Both the position numbers and the translations under genes were made by a program. Positions 49,593 to 61,711 of a DNA stretch of 64,000 nt are shown here, one piece after another. Position 1 is the stretch's first letter; every line of letters starts with the position of its first letter. The notes beneath the pieces were generated by a model. That model saw nothing but the letters and a program-made list of their open reading frames with translations. It ran no database searches and had not been told where the DNA came from. The stretch comes from Vicugna vicugna (Eukaryota): assembly GCA_013265495.1 (NCBI GenBank), contig MU057880.1, positions 2,138,527-2,202,526 on the forward strand. Reading direction: 5' to 3'.

Positions 49593-52500
49593 GAGATTGA
49601 CAACTGTGATTTATCCCCTGGAAGGCAAACATCTTGAAACAAATTATTTTTTATAATCATTTACTACAATACATAACTGTAATTGTAACAGATAATTAAG
49701 TAATTATGTATAGATTATATAAGATAATAGATTATGTAAGATACAGATGAGCAATGTACACAGAAGTAATTAATTATGTATATACTGTGTAAGATGATCA
49801 GAGAATGTCTTTTCCCCCTGGAATACAGTTGACTTTCTCAGCTCTGACCGGATGAGACTGCAGGCACGTTGTCTTTAGTTCTGACCTGTGGACGGACCAG
49901 CAGCAGACCCTGGAGGGGAGGGTTCAGGACTCCTGGCAGGGGGCACAGGCTCATTGAGCCAGGGTTTCCAGTGTCACAGCCAGCTGCAAACCATGCCCTC
50001 TGCCCTTCACATCAGTGCGGCACCCCGACTGCACAAGGTTGTGCCCCTGTTTTTCAGTAAATCTGAGGCAAGACAAACGTGCAGGAGGCCAAGGGACCAG
50101 ACTCTATTTTCACATTTTGCTCTTGGAGAGTGAATCGTCTTCACTTCTGTTGGTTCTAAAGGACTTGCCTTTAGCGGAAGGGCACACTGGCTCTGTGCTT
50201 TCACACGTGCTGTGTTCAGGGCGGTCGCACCCTCTCAGGCGCGGGGAGGAGACGGGTGTCCTGGTTACTCGTGAGCACGGACAGCTGCTTCCATTAGGTG
50301 GTAGTTCCCAGTCTTTGCTCTATTTAGTGTTCTGTTTTCACGTGAGGAGAGGACCTGGATTACACTAGTTTGGGGGGGGGGGGACAGACCAGCTTATTTT
50401 TGATGAGAAGACATATTTTATGTCTTTTTATGGCAACTTTTAAAGTATTACCAGCTGGTAGACTTTTAAGAACAGTGCAAGTCCAGAAGCATTGCTGGAA
50501 GCACATCTTAGTTCTCTACTTTTACAAGACAAAGGAATCTAGTAATTTAACTTGTAATAACACTGTTAGGCACCCCTGCTGCCCTGTAAGTGACAAAGGT
50601 AATACAAAGGCTACAGTGGTTTTATTGGAAACAGTGTATCCCATTTGCTGGTGAGGGTGACACTGGAGTGGGAATGCATTCTTAATGATCCTTTTGAAAG
50701 GCCTAGATTTTTGTCAGAATCCTTCTTATTCTATCCTTAGCTGAGACTCTCTGGTCTAGAAAAAAATGTGGACAGGAACTGGGTTACCAGATATCTTTAA
50801 CAGGTTGGCTCTTCGGGAGATGGTCCCCTAAGTCAGTGTCAAGTGAAAGTTTTTCACAACAATTGGTGACAGCAAGTGACCTTCTTTTCTACAAGGGGGA
50901 AGCTTTCTCATTTATAGGAGAAAAGTTTTCAAAGAGTAACTCCCCTATGAGCAATGGAAGCTTGACTATGTAAATCCTTCTTTTATAATGCAATAGAATC
51001 CAAGATATTTAAGGCGTTATTTTATTTTTTCTTGGGTTCTGTAATTTAAACATTGTGCTCAAGCTCTTTTTTTGGTCGTCCAAACATTGACTATTAAGAT
51101 TTCCCTTGGTGTTTCCTTAAAAAGACAAAACTCAGTATGTCCTTTCTTTGTAAGTAATTGTCTTAAAAATAGACAAAACAGACAACAAACTTTGCAATTT
51201 TTTTCAGATGAATTATTCAATCCTTTTGATCACAGATTTTTGCACTGATCTTTTGAAGACTTATTTTGGTGCTGGGGAAAAAAAAAACTGTAGAGGTTAC
51301 TCTGGGTGTTTAAGTCCTAGGCAGACTGATAGAAAAAAACCAAGGACATTTCCTTGGCTGCATATTAGAAGGTTTAGGAGGATCACTGGCTTTTGCAGTC
51401 CATCAGTGGATCAATTTATTGAATGTTTAGTGGTAGGTCTCTGGTTTACCAGGCAGGGCCGCTGGCACTGGGAGAAAACTGCTGTGCTGTTTACCTTCTA
51501 TAAGTCTGGATGTAGTAACAAACCTATAATTTAGGCTAACTCCATCATTATTTTGTGACTTGAAATTCTTGGCTTCTGCTTGTTTCATGACTCTTTTTAA
51601 ATTTTATGGAAAATACCTTATTTATTTAGGGGGGAAAAGGATGTAGGTAAAATCAGATATTTAGTAAAAGCTCTAGAAGAAAAATTGGATTATTCGAAAC
51701 ACCCAACATTGTGGAACCGAGCAAATTGATCCTTTTTGCCGAAATAGACTGTCTTGGGTTATAAATCGGATGTTTCTTTGCACTGTCTGTTTCAAACAGG
51801 TTCTGTTACAAATAAGAGAATGTGACCGACGGTTGTCATTTCAGTGTTTTGGGGAAGGAAGTCTGAAGCAGAAGAATGTGCCTAGGGCGAGGATTTGGTT
51901 TCTTTTCTGCCAGTTTAGACATTTCACTGTCACTTTCTTTGTCCCTAAAACTTATGCTTGAAATGGCCCGGAGATTTCAGATGTGGACCATTTTAGGGAC
52001 CTGGGTACACTGCAGCTTTAGGAGTGACATCTTGGACCCCTGTGCATGAGTCTGCAGCGAAAAACAAGGACTTTCATCTTTCCAGCCGGTTGGAGATTTT
52101 GGCTCGATGGAGTAAGCGTTTCTCTGGTTAGAGTAGAACCAGAACTAAGGCTGCCTCTGGGACCCGGCAGGAGTTGCCTTCTTCCCATTGTCTTTGCCAT
52201 TTGAATTGTATTTAATAGACAAGTATCGTGACCTTGAACACGGAACCACTCAAAAGCCCTGGTTAACTTCTGCCCTGGGAGGCGGTCTCCTGGGGAAAGT
52301 ACCCTTTTAACAGATCATTCAGCAAGAAACAAAACCACTGAGAACTTCACAGTCCACTCAGCAGAACTGTGTGGTTGACAGTGATTTCAAAATTTTAAAA
52401 AACAATCCGATGCTGGCACACTCACAAGCAACCATATAGAAGAGCAGAAATATGTCTATTGTGTGTTCTCTTTAAACCGTCTGCATTGGTAGTGGTGGGT

Positions 52501-52733
52501 GCTCAGAAATTGAAAGAACGAATGAATAAATTTTACAAAGTACAAAAATGTAAGCTGCTGATTTTATCTGTGATAAAGACCTGTCAATTAACGTTTCTAT
52601 TTGGACATTTTGGCCAATTCTTATCGATTTTTACATTTCATAAACTTATAGTCAGCTAGCACTTCAACAATTATAAACATTTCAGAGAGGGGGATTTTTC
52701 CAACTCAGCTGCTTTTCAAATTGTCTATTGAAC

Positions 52734-53259
52734 TGTAGAAGGTGGGGGCTTTCTCTCCACACTCTTAGGTGCCTGTAGTGCAGTATGTAAATTAAACTGA
52801 CAAAAGACAGATTAACAGGAGAAAGGCAAACACGTTTTGTGATATTTTAAATTTTATGTGCAGAGAGGCTTCACAGCACGGAAAGAAAAACACAAAGAAG
52901 CAGTTAGACTTGGGGGTATTATTAAATACCATTTTAACAAAGGGCCGGGGATTGGGTGAAAGTAGCCGGGAACTTTATGGGAGAAGCTAATGGAAGATGA
53001 GGGCTATGATTATTTCAGTAGGGTCTGTGTCTGGGTGCTCCGCTCCGTCTCCAGGGATGAGGGAAGCTCTTCTCATCCCGGGACTGGGGTAGAGGGGAGG
53101 AAGATGTGCCGCCCTCACAGAGGGAAGCTGATGCTCTGCTTGTAGGCAGACGAGGGGAGGGCAGAGAACTTTCCCTGTGTCCATCCTTAGTTGCCACCCA
53201 CCCGAAGTAATCCTTGTGCCAGAGTGGCACATTTTGGGTGTCACACTCTGGACCCCTCA
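52734..53259 (-). mobile_element. MER34-like ERV1 solo LTR
   Basis: Right end taatccttgtgccagagtggcacattttgggtgtcacactctggacccctca matches the reverse complement of the remembered MER34 5' end; gacagattaacaggagaaa also fits. Confidence 0.8.
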
Positions 53260-53907
53260 CCAATGGTGACAACATTTGACTTTTGCTAATAGCACATGCA
53301 GCCTAAGAAGGGGTCTTAGGTGGGCTGCTGACGGCTGGGGATGCCGGAGGGCGTGCACCTCTGTGTAAAGCGACTTGTATTTTCTGGCACACTCCTTCCT
53401 TCTCTTCCTGGGAAAGCTGAAAGTTACAAATAACATGGCATCTGATCTTAGTGGCTTCTGCTGGGACTGAATCTGCATGATCTCAGTTATGTCCTCAAAC
53501 GCCGCGGGGAAGGAGGGTGAAACATCCTCGTTTGTGTCATCCTTGATTTCCATCGACAACCGGAGGCCCTTCTACTCACGCACAGGGAGGAAGTGTGCAG
53601 TGTTATGACGCATTGTATTTTGCCTTTGCACCGTGTAGAAACTTCCTCAGGCTGGGAAAGCAATGCCTTTCACACTGCCAGTCCCCTCCATCTTCAGGGC
53701 GGCAAGTGGTCCTCATCCCTCTCAAGAGGTGGCTCTCTCTTTGCTTAGACAGTCTTCTGGGCTTCGCTGCCATGGGACCCCCTAACCCTTCAGTAATAAT
53801 TCCCTGAGGCTGGTTTGTTATAAAGAAACACTGCAGCACAGGCAGTGTGTGTGTGTGCGCGTGTGTGTATGAAGATTCCTTAATGACCAAATCACCTGGT
53901 ATTCACG

Positions 53908-54356
53908 CTCTGCAGGAAAGAAACAAGTGAGCATTGGATGCTTCCCTCTTTATTTGTTTATTTTTGATTTTTTTTTTAAATGGAGGTACTGGGGTTTGAA
54001 CCCAGGACCTCCTGCATGGTAAGCATGTACTCTACCACTGGGCTAACCACCCCCCATGCTTGCTTCTTTAGTTTGCATGTTTTTTTTTCTTTTTTTTAAC
54101 TGGAGATAATTTGGTTTATTTATTTAATAACTCTGCAGGAAAGAAACAAGTGAGCATTGGAATTCTTCCCTCTTTATTTGTTTATTTTTGATTTTTTTTT
54201 TTAAATGGAGGTACTGGGATTTGAACCCAGGACCTCCTGCATGGTAAGCATGTACTTTACCACTGGGCTAACCCATGCTTGCTTCTTTAGTTTGCATGTT
54301 TTTTTTTCTTTTTTCTTTTTTTTAACTGGAGATAATTTGGTTTATTTATTTAATTA
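53908..54356. repeat. Tandem duplication, two ~223-bp units, each with a minus-strand Vic-1-like SINE
   Basis: ctctgcaggaaagaaacaagtgagcattgga starts at 53908 and again at 54131; the units are near-identical. Confidence 0.95.
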
Positions 54357-54443
54357 TTTATTTATCTAATGGAGGCGCTGGGGATTGAACCTGGGACCTT
54401 GTGCATGCTAGGCACACCCTCTAGCACTGAGCTACCCCCTCCC
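54301..54443 (-). mobile_element. Vic-1-like SINE
   Basis: Perfect 13-bp TSD tagtttgcatgtt (54288-54300, 54444-54456). Confidence 0.92.
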
Positions 54444-54910
54444 TAGTTTGCATGTTAATCAAGGACATGGCAGCCTTAGGCAGAAGGTAACGGATGCTTT
54501 TTACCTTCTCTCCAGTATCCAAATCAGATGGCTCATTTTCTGTATTGTACACCCACGTGAGTAGCTCGAGTATTTAAAGGAATCATCACAAATCTTTTAA
54601 GGCTCCTTGAGATCAGGAAACAGAATGCACTTGTCTTTTTCAGTTCTTAACAAAAAGAGGTTCTTCCTAGTTTCCTGAAGAAATCACCCAGGAAGGGATG
54701 GGCTCACAGATGGGCTTCCGGATTTCCATCTTGTGCCCTGTGGTCCGTCCTCACCGTCTCCTGTTTCAGCCCCACATGCCATCGGTGAACTTCACACGGG
54801 TCCGGGAGGGGCCAGCAGGGCAGACAGCCTCCCGAGAGAAAAGCTGCGAAGTGTCCAAATGTGCCATTGCTCACGGGGTATGAGGTGGTGATCCAAACGC
54901 TGTCTCCTAC

Positions 54911-55004
54911 GAATGTGTGTGTGTACGTGCATGACTGGGACGTGACGCTGTGCACCAGATGCTGACACGCTGCAACTGATCGTACTTCAGTGAAACAGAA
55001 CAAA
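54911..55004 (+). mobile_element. Short, GC-shifted L1 3' end
   Basis: gcatgactgggacgtgacgctgtgcaccagatgctgacacgctgcaactgatcgtacttcagtgaaa aligns with the other L1 ends. Confidence 0.8.
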
Positions 55005-56094
55005 GCCCCGTTTCCCCAGGGACAAGCCCGCCCTGACAGTGGAAAGGAGGGTGGAAGGAGGGCTTGGGAGACGTTCACGTATGTCTGCACACATTTTTCC
55101 GTGGATGTAGACGGACTGGAATGAAGCAGACTCACGTGTTATGAGTATTTATCTACAAGGGTCCTAGAGAAGCAGTGGGCTAATGTTTTCCTTCCCACCA
55201 CGCAGGTAGTGTTTAAAAATCCCCTCTAATTAGGACATACTCGTACAGTGGAAGCAATGGAGTACCAAATTTTTAAACCTAATTTCAGTGAGGGGTAGGC
55301 GGACACAAACAAGAGTGTTTCCCCTGTTCTGAAGGAAGGCACCCAGCAGGCAAGCCCTGTGGTTAGAAGTGAGGAGATGGCGTGTCTGACCATGGCCCTT
55401 CAGGGCTGAGGGCTGAAGCTGCCTCTCAGTTTCTCCCCGGGGGCTGGATGTGGCCGATGTGGCTCCAGGCACAGCCGAGCAGCCGTGGCCAAGGGTGAAC
55501 ATCACCACAATGATCTGTGTTGTTTCTGGCACTTTACAGGAAATGTTGTTTTCCCAAGACCTAAGAGATTTGTCTGGGAAGAAAGAGGAGAGTGGCCAAC
55601 ATTTGGCACCATACGGGGTTTTCTTTCTCCTTTTTTTTTTTTTTTTAAAGCTTAGTGTGTAGTCTGTGCATCCTGCTCTTAAGCCGTAAAGATGGAGAAA
55701 ATATTGTGGTCTTGTTTTGTGCACTCTTGGAAACATCTGGAACGTGCCACGAGGCTGCATGCCACGGGCTTCATTTATAAAGTGTGCGATGTGAACCACC
55801 AGGGAGTAAAAGACCTGCCTTCCCGCAGCCGCATCCCCGGCACACGTGATACGAGGTCCATGTGGACCGCAGACTCTGCTGGTCCCATTCGCCGGGGCAG
55901 GGAGATCGAGGCACAGACAGCACTTGACCTTCTCAGTCCAGCAGGTCCTGAGGACAGACAGACACCTGGTCCCCTGCTGGGGTCAGGCAGCTTCCACCGG
56001 GGCTGCGTGGCCCTGGGGCCGCACGCTCTCACACTTCAGATCATATAAGCTCACCTGCTTTGTGACTACCTTTCTAAAAATGCAAGAATAAAAA

Positions 56095-56354
56095 TTTGTA
56101 ATAACCTATAATGAGAAAGAGTATGTATATATGTATCTGTATAAACTGAATCACTACGCTGTACACCTGAAGCTAGCACAACTTTATAAATAAAGTACAC
56201 TTTAATAAAGTCTTAAAAAATTTTTTTTTATTGAAGTGTAGTCAGTTACCATGTGTGAGTTTCTGGTGTACAGCATCATGTCCCTGTCGTGTATTTATGT
56301 ATACATATATTCGTTTTCATATTCTTAAAAAAAGTCTTAAAAAAGGGAAAAAAA
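56095..56354 (+). mobile_element. L1 3' end whose A tail carries a nested opposite-strand L1 end (56221-56330)
   Basis: Inner 14-bp duplication aaagtcttaaaaaa (56207-56220, 56331-56344); outer aagaaYaaaaat flanks. Confidence 0.85.
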
Positions 56355-56827
56355 GAACAAAAATGATTTTAGGCTCTAGGTGTAAGGCACATAGAACACT
56401 CTGCTCTGAGCAGCCCTGTTTTGTTTTTGGAAGCAACACTGCAGTGTCTGTGACACCAAAGGTTGAGTTAAGGGAATGAGGAAAAGAAAGGAATATTCTT
56501 TTTCACGCCTGTGCGCTGAGTTATACGTCGAGCAAGAGACTGATGTGGGGACCTCCCCACTCAGCAATTCACCCATCACAGAAGCAGTGACATTAGTCGT
56601 CAATAAAAGAACCCAAAGAAACAAAAACCAAAATAACAAAGAAACCACACACATGACTGGATTTTTTTTTCATGCTGCCCTCATCCTTCATGGCTGGGTC
56701 TTCATTTTGATGTTTAATTATTATGGTTCCAGGATTCAAATGCAAAATTCTGTCTGCAGAGCCTGGAACCCCTCCAAGTGAACTGGCCCCCGAGACTTGG
56801 CCATCTCAGGAGAACTCTATGTTAAAA

Positions 56828-57043
56828 GGGAGTTTATGGTTTGCAGATGCACACTACTGTATATAAAATAGATAAATAACAAAGTCCTCCTGTATATGGC
56901 ACAGGGAGCTGCATTCCATACCTTGTAATAACCTATGATGAAAAAGAATATGAAAAGGAACATATGTACGTAAATGCATGACTGGGACGTTGTGCTGTAC
57001 ACCAGAAATGGACACATTGTAACTGACTGTGCTTCAGTGAAAA
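56828..57043 (+). mobile_element. L1 3' UTR end
   Basis: ttgcagatgcacactactgtatataaaatagataaa..ggacacattgtaactgactgtgcttcagtgaaaa. Confidence 0.88.
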
Positions 57044-58046
57044 CGGGGGGAATTTGAAGAAGGAAGTGGATTTGGAGGTTTGCATGGGATAGCCAGTGCC
57101 CCAGCTGCCCCTGTGTAAACTGTGGGGGTCAGGGCATCCCTGGCAGGGGGCTGGGGTGCAGCCGTGTCTGGACATGGATCTGAGCAAGAAATCGCTCGGC
57201 TGGGCCCGCCTGGGCTCCTCCTGTCTTCCGCCTTTGGCCCTCCATCCTGTTTACTTCCTAGGGCCCAGCATCCCAGGAGAACAACGGGCAATCCCCTCTG
57301 TCCGTCCTGCTGACCTCGTTCCTGCGGCTGCAGACTTGCAGAGTGACTCATGCCTGGGCGGTGCGGCGGGGCTGTCTCAGCCCCGGTGACAGACTTGCCT
57401 CCAGCCTTCCTGGTGTCGGAACTGGGAGACCTGGGCCTCGCCTTCTGCACCAAGTAGCCCTAACCGTTATCTCAAGCACGCTGCAGCAGACCTGAGGATG
57501 TCTTCTTCATGCTTGTTCTGTTTTGGAAACTTTCAGGGCGACCAGAGTCTTTGAAAGCCCAGGACCAGGCCCTGTGAGGGATGTGGGTGCTGTCAGGGGC
57601 TCCTCCTCTGGTCTGGGAGGTGAGCTCATCTTCTGAGTCACAGAGGGCTTGGCAGCAGGACCAGAACTTGCGGTCGGCTCTGGGCCCTGGGCTGTGGGCT
57701 GCATCCTGACCTGCCCTTCCGCTCGGGTGGTCCTGATGCAAGTAGGTGACGCCCTGCGAAAAGCAGAGCTCTGCCTTCAGGTGACCTTGGCCCACTGGGG
57801 CTCACCCTTGCCTCCGAAAAGGGATTTGTTGCTTAAAAAAAAAAAATCTTGTGCCCATTCAATGGAGAAACACCTGAAACCCTTGCTCTGACATATTTGT
57901 TTATAATGTTCATTGATAACCAATAAAATCACCAGGGGTGACTACTGTATGCCTTTAAACAGGTTGGTCTCCTTTTCTGATGTATGCCTTTTGTGTTTCT
58001 GGCTAGTTGATTACTCTAAGCTGTGACATCAGGGCTATTACTTATA

Positions 58047-58107
58047 TTTCTTTTTTAAAATATATTTTTATTGACATATAGTCAGTATACAATGTTCTAC
58101 CAATTTC
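58047..58107 (-). mobile_element. Very short L1 3' end
   Basis: ttttattgacatatagtcagtatacaatgtt..caatttc. Confidence 0.6.
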
Positions 58108-58540
58108 TATTATTATTTTGCCTAATCTGAGGACATATTTCATATTCTAGGTGGTAGATAAGGAGACATTTCAGGATTTCAGTACCTTAAATTTCTTGAT
58201 TTCTAAAATAATTTTTTATTTTCTCTGTGTGGTGTGCATATTAATAAGTAGTGCTTTCTGCAGGACTCACTGTACTCCTGTTTTTCAGATTCTGTAGGCT
58301 GTTGTAATAGGTAGGACATAACCTACTTTTATCCATTTTTCGTAAATAATAAATGCTCTGTGATTTACAAGAAGAAATATCAAGGCTGAAGCATCCTGTG
58401 GTTGGGATGATAAATTTTACAAAAGCAACTGTGAGAAGAGGACAGAACATGAGTAGCAGTTTCTTAGTTCTCAGCCGCTGACATGGATGCGATGTGATGG
58501 GTGTGTGGGAGCCGAGGGCTGGACCCTCGGGATAGTGGAC

Positions 58541-58700
58541 CAGTGATGCAGGAGTGAGGCACTGAGGCAGTGAGGCAGTGGTGCAGGAGTGATGCAGTGA
58601 TGCAGGAGTGAGGCAGCGAGGCAGTGGTGCGGGAGTGATGCAGTGATGCAGGAGTGAGGCAGTGAGGCAGTGGTGCGGGAATAAGGCAGAGAGGCGGGAG
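58541..58700. repeat. Minisatellite, ~46-bp higher-order unit built from 8- and 11-mers
   Basis: cagtgatgcaggagtgaggca recurs at 58541, 58595 and 58641. Confidence 0.9.
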
Positions 58701-59494
58701 TCATCTTGAACCTTGGAGTGGGTACCACAACAGAGAGGGAGGGAAGCCAGATTGGATACTTCTGAGATTAGAAAGGAAACACACTGCTAAGTCTGGATGG
58801 TCATGAAAATCCTCAAGTTGCTTCTTGCCATATTCCGAGCTGTTAGCCAGCACCCTGAGTAATTGCCTTGCCAGTCAGCTCTGTGGTTTCAGCAGTACGA
58901 GTCCTTTGCGTCCACCTCCTGAGCTAAGCTGCCATGTTAAGGGAGAGTGACCTCTTTAACTGGGAGGGGGCGGGTTCTTTAATTAACAAACCCATACGTT
59001 TATGTTTTTTTTTTTTCTTTGCTTTGGGAAATGAAACTGTGGTGGTTTAGCTACTATAAATTGGAGTTTAGCTTTTTCCCCCTTTTTTCTTTTAAATCTT
59101 CAGGGGGTGGGAAGGGATAGATTGGGAGTTCAAAATTTGTAGATACTGACAGGCGTATGGTTTTTGATTTAGATTTTTGTGCAGGAGGATGCACATTGCT
59201 GTCTTTTAAGTTTTTGCTTCTGAGATTTATATATATATGTGTGTATATATATATTTATATATTATATGTGTGTGTGTACATATATACACACACACACATA
59301 TAATTCTAAATATGACTAAATATTAGTGTATTTCCCAGAACATATACTTTTCTTGGGAAAAAAATTTTTTAGAAGAATTTTTTGCTCCAATTTGCTTAAT
59401 AACTTTGTATCGTCAATAATGAGTGCCTGATCTAATCTGTGGTATGGCTGTACCTGAGACATGGAAATAAATGTATATACACATAAATATATGT

Positions 59495-59790
59495 AAGTAT
59501 AAAGGTAGTATGTGTATACTATAAAATATATAGGATAATGTATATGCTATAAAAATATGAAGGTAGTATATGTACTGTAAATACTTAGTGGTAGTATATA
59601 TATACTACAATGTATATAGTATAGTGTATGCACTATAAAAAATAAAGGTAGTGTATCTATATACTATAAAATGTTTAGTGTGTATACTATAAAAATACAA
59701 AGGCAATATATGTATGTGTATAATCACACATACATACACACACACACACACACACATCATAAGGGTAGGATATACGGATATACCATAAAG
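59495..59790. repeat. Degenerate AT-rich ~28-30 bp tandem repeat with a (CA)n tract
   Basis: Recurrent aaggtagt..tatactataaaa units. Confidence 0.75.
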
Positions 59791-60564
59791 GTGGCAGGTG
59801 CACCGCAGGAGATGTGCAGACTTAGTCTCGGGGTGAGCGGGGTGCAAGGAGGTGAAGCCCCCTGTCCACCTGCTCCCTCAGCGACAACCTCCTGCTTGCT
59901 CATCACGGAGGCCACAGGCTCCTGGACGCAGGTGATGCCACAGTGAACCATGTGGATCCCCTGAGCTTGCGCCTCACCTGTGTTGCAGGGCAGAGAGTGG
60001 GCGAGGACACACACCGAGGTCGCTGTTGTGTGGTCAGTGCTGCGCACTGAGGTGGGGGGGCTGTGCGGCTGTGTGTGTTGAAGTTGAGAGCAGGTTGTGG
60101 GGGCCTCTCGAGGCGGCTTTGTGTTCAGACCCGAGGAGGTGGGACAGAAGGCCTCACAGGCGGGGCCCTTAGCGAGGACTGTGCCGGACACCAAGGGGAC
60201 ACCGGGCAGTGGCTGGAGCGGTGTGAGCGGGTGAGTGACTTTTCCAAAAGGATTATTGCTTCTGCCGGGGGAGGGGAGAAAACGGTGGCTTGGACCTGCA
60301 GGCAGTCAGTGGCTGATGAGATTTCAGGTCCGCTCTGGTGTTAGAGCTGTCAGAGCATCTGAACCGGTGACTGAGTCGTCAGGACAAGCTGGACGCTCTC
60401 GCCCAGGATGTCTGGCTGGACATCTTGGCCTGTGGCCTTTGTTACGTCTTAGAAGGCTTCCCACCACCTGGTAACTGTACCAGTGGACACACGGCTCAAT
60501 TGTGACCATGAGAGGATGTAAAAGATACAAGTTGGTGAGGGATTTTAGTGTTCATTTTTAAAAA

Positions 60565-60768
60565 AAATTTAGGCATATATATTTTTTAAATTGAAGTATA
60601 GTCGGTTTACAATGTTGTGTCAATTTCTGGTGTCCAGCAAGTCATACATACACATACGTAGATTCCTTTTTGTAGTGTTTGTCATTATAGGTTACTGCAA
60701 GGTATTGAATGTAGTTCCCTGTGCTGTACCTTGTTGTTGATCTATTTTATCTACAGGAATTAGTATCT
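60565..60768 (-). mobile_element. L1 3' UTR end
   Basis: attgaagtatagtcggtttacaatgttgtgtc..gtagttccctgtgctgta; tgttcatttt duplicated on the flanks. Confidence 0.87.
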
Positions 60769-60944
60769 TATTGTTCATTTTCAACAATGATAAGCAGTCA
60801 ATGTAGGTGAGTTTCAGGTCATCCAAAGAGAAGAAAGCAAATGGTGCATGGATTCGGGAGAATGTCCCTAACAGCGTGGCTCCGTGGAAGACGGGCCCGT
60901 TTTATTTGTAGCATTGGCAGGTAATACTGGAATAAACTCCATTT

Positions 60945-61150
60945 GATAGTAAATATAGCTAACACGTACCGAATGCTCACTGTGCACCTGGTGTGCAGTG
61001 ATGTACGATTCACACACATCCATTCCTTTAACCCTCACCAGCACCCTCTCAGGCCAGAGGCCGGGATAACCGCCTGTGTGAGGAGGATGTCACTCAGCCA
61101 AGGTCAGCGTCTCCAGCCAGGCAGCCCGGCCCCAGGGGTGTGCCCGTGAC
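60945..61150 (-). mobile_element. MIR relic
   Basis: atagctaacacgtaccgaatgctcactgtgc..tttaaccctcaccagcaccct. Confidence 0.6.
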
Positions 61151-61344
61151 CTCTGCATCCTTCTGCTTGTAACTGCCACTCTGCGTGTTGAAGTCCGGTT
61201 AGGACCTGCGCAGACGTGTTCATCTTGTGCCCACAGGTCAACGAGGGCTCTGAACGCCGGGGTTTTTCTCTCCTGCATCATATGCTCGTTTTCAGGAAAA
61301 GCCTTGGTGTTTAAGATGAGAAGAACCCCTAAAGGAAGAAAAGT

Positions 61345-61507
61345 GAAAATATGGCTCCCTGGAGCCTGGAACTGAGTTTCAACCCAGGTTCACCCTCTTG
61401 TGAGTTATGTGATGTGATCTTTGTGGCCTCACCTTTCTAAGCGGCCAAGTCTCTGCTCTGTAAAATTTTAAATTTAATACCTGCCTCACAGAGCAAGTCA
61501 TGAGAAC
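61345..61507 (+). mobile_element. MIR relic
   Basis: tgtgatctttg..ctctgtaaaat..taatacctgcctcacagag. Confidence 0.6.
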
Positions 61508-61711
61508 AAGCGGCAGGTCTGGTCTGCTTCATACACTGGACATACTTTGCCCATATTTCTGGCCCAAGAGGCTGAAAATGAACGTGGGGCTTTCTAAAAA
61601 CAAAGTCGATAGAAAGGAAAAAAGAGATTTGATGCTGGGGGCTGTCAGGGCAGTGCAGAGTCACTCCACTGGAGAAGATTAAAGAAATAATCTGCCTGCC
61701 TTTACTTACAT

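Noticed and set aside
48968..49660. 230-aa Lys-rich minus-strand ORF
   Set aside because: The Lys/Glu/Arg run is the translation of a polypyrimidine tract.
51190..51534. Possible cassette exon or ORF after ttttttcag|ATG
   Set aside because: Such acceptor-like motifs are common, and the peptide is unrecognisable; RNA-seq would be needed.
58541..59790. CRISPR-like repeat-spacer arrays
   Set aside because: The units are contiguous degenerate tandem repeats without unique spacers, in mammalian DNA with no cas-like genes.
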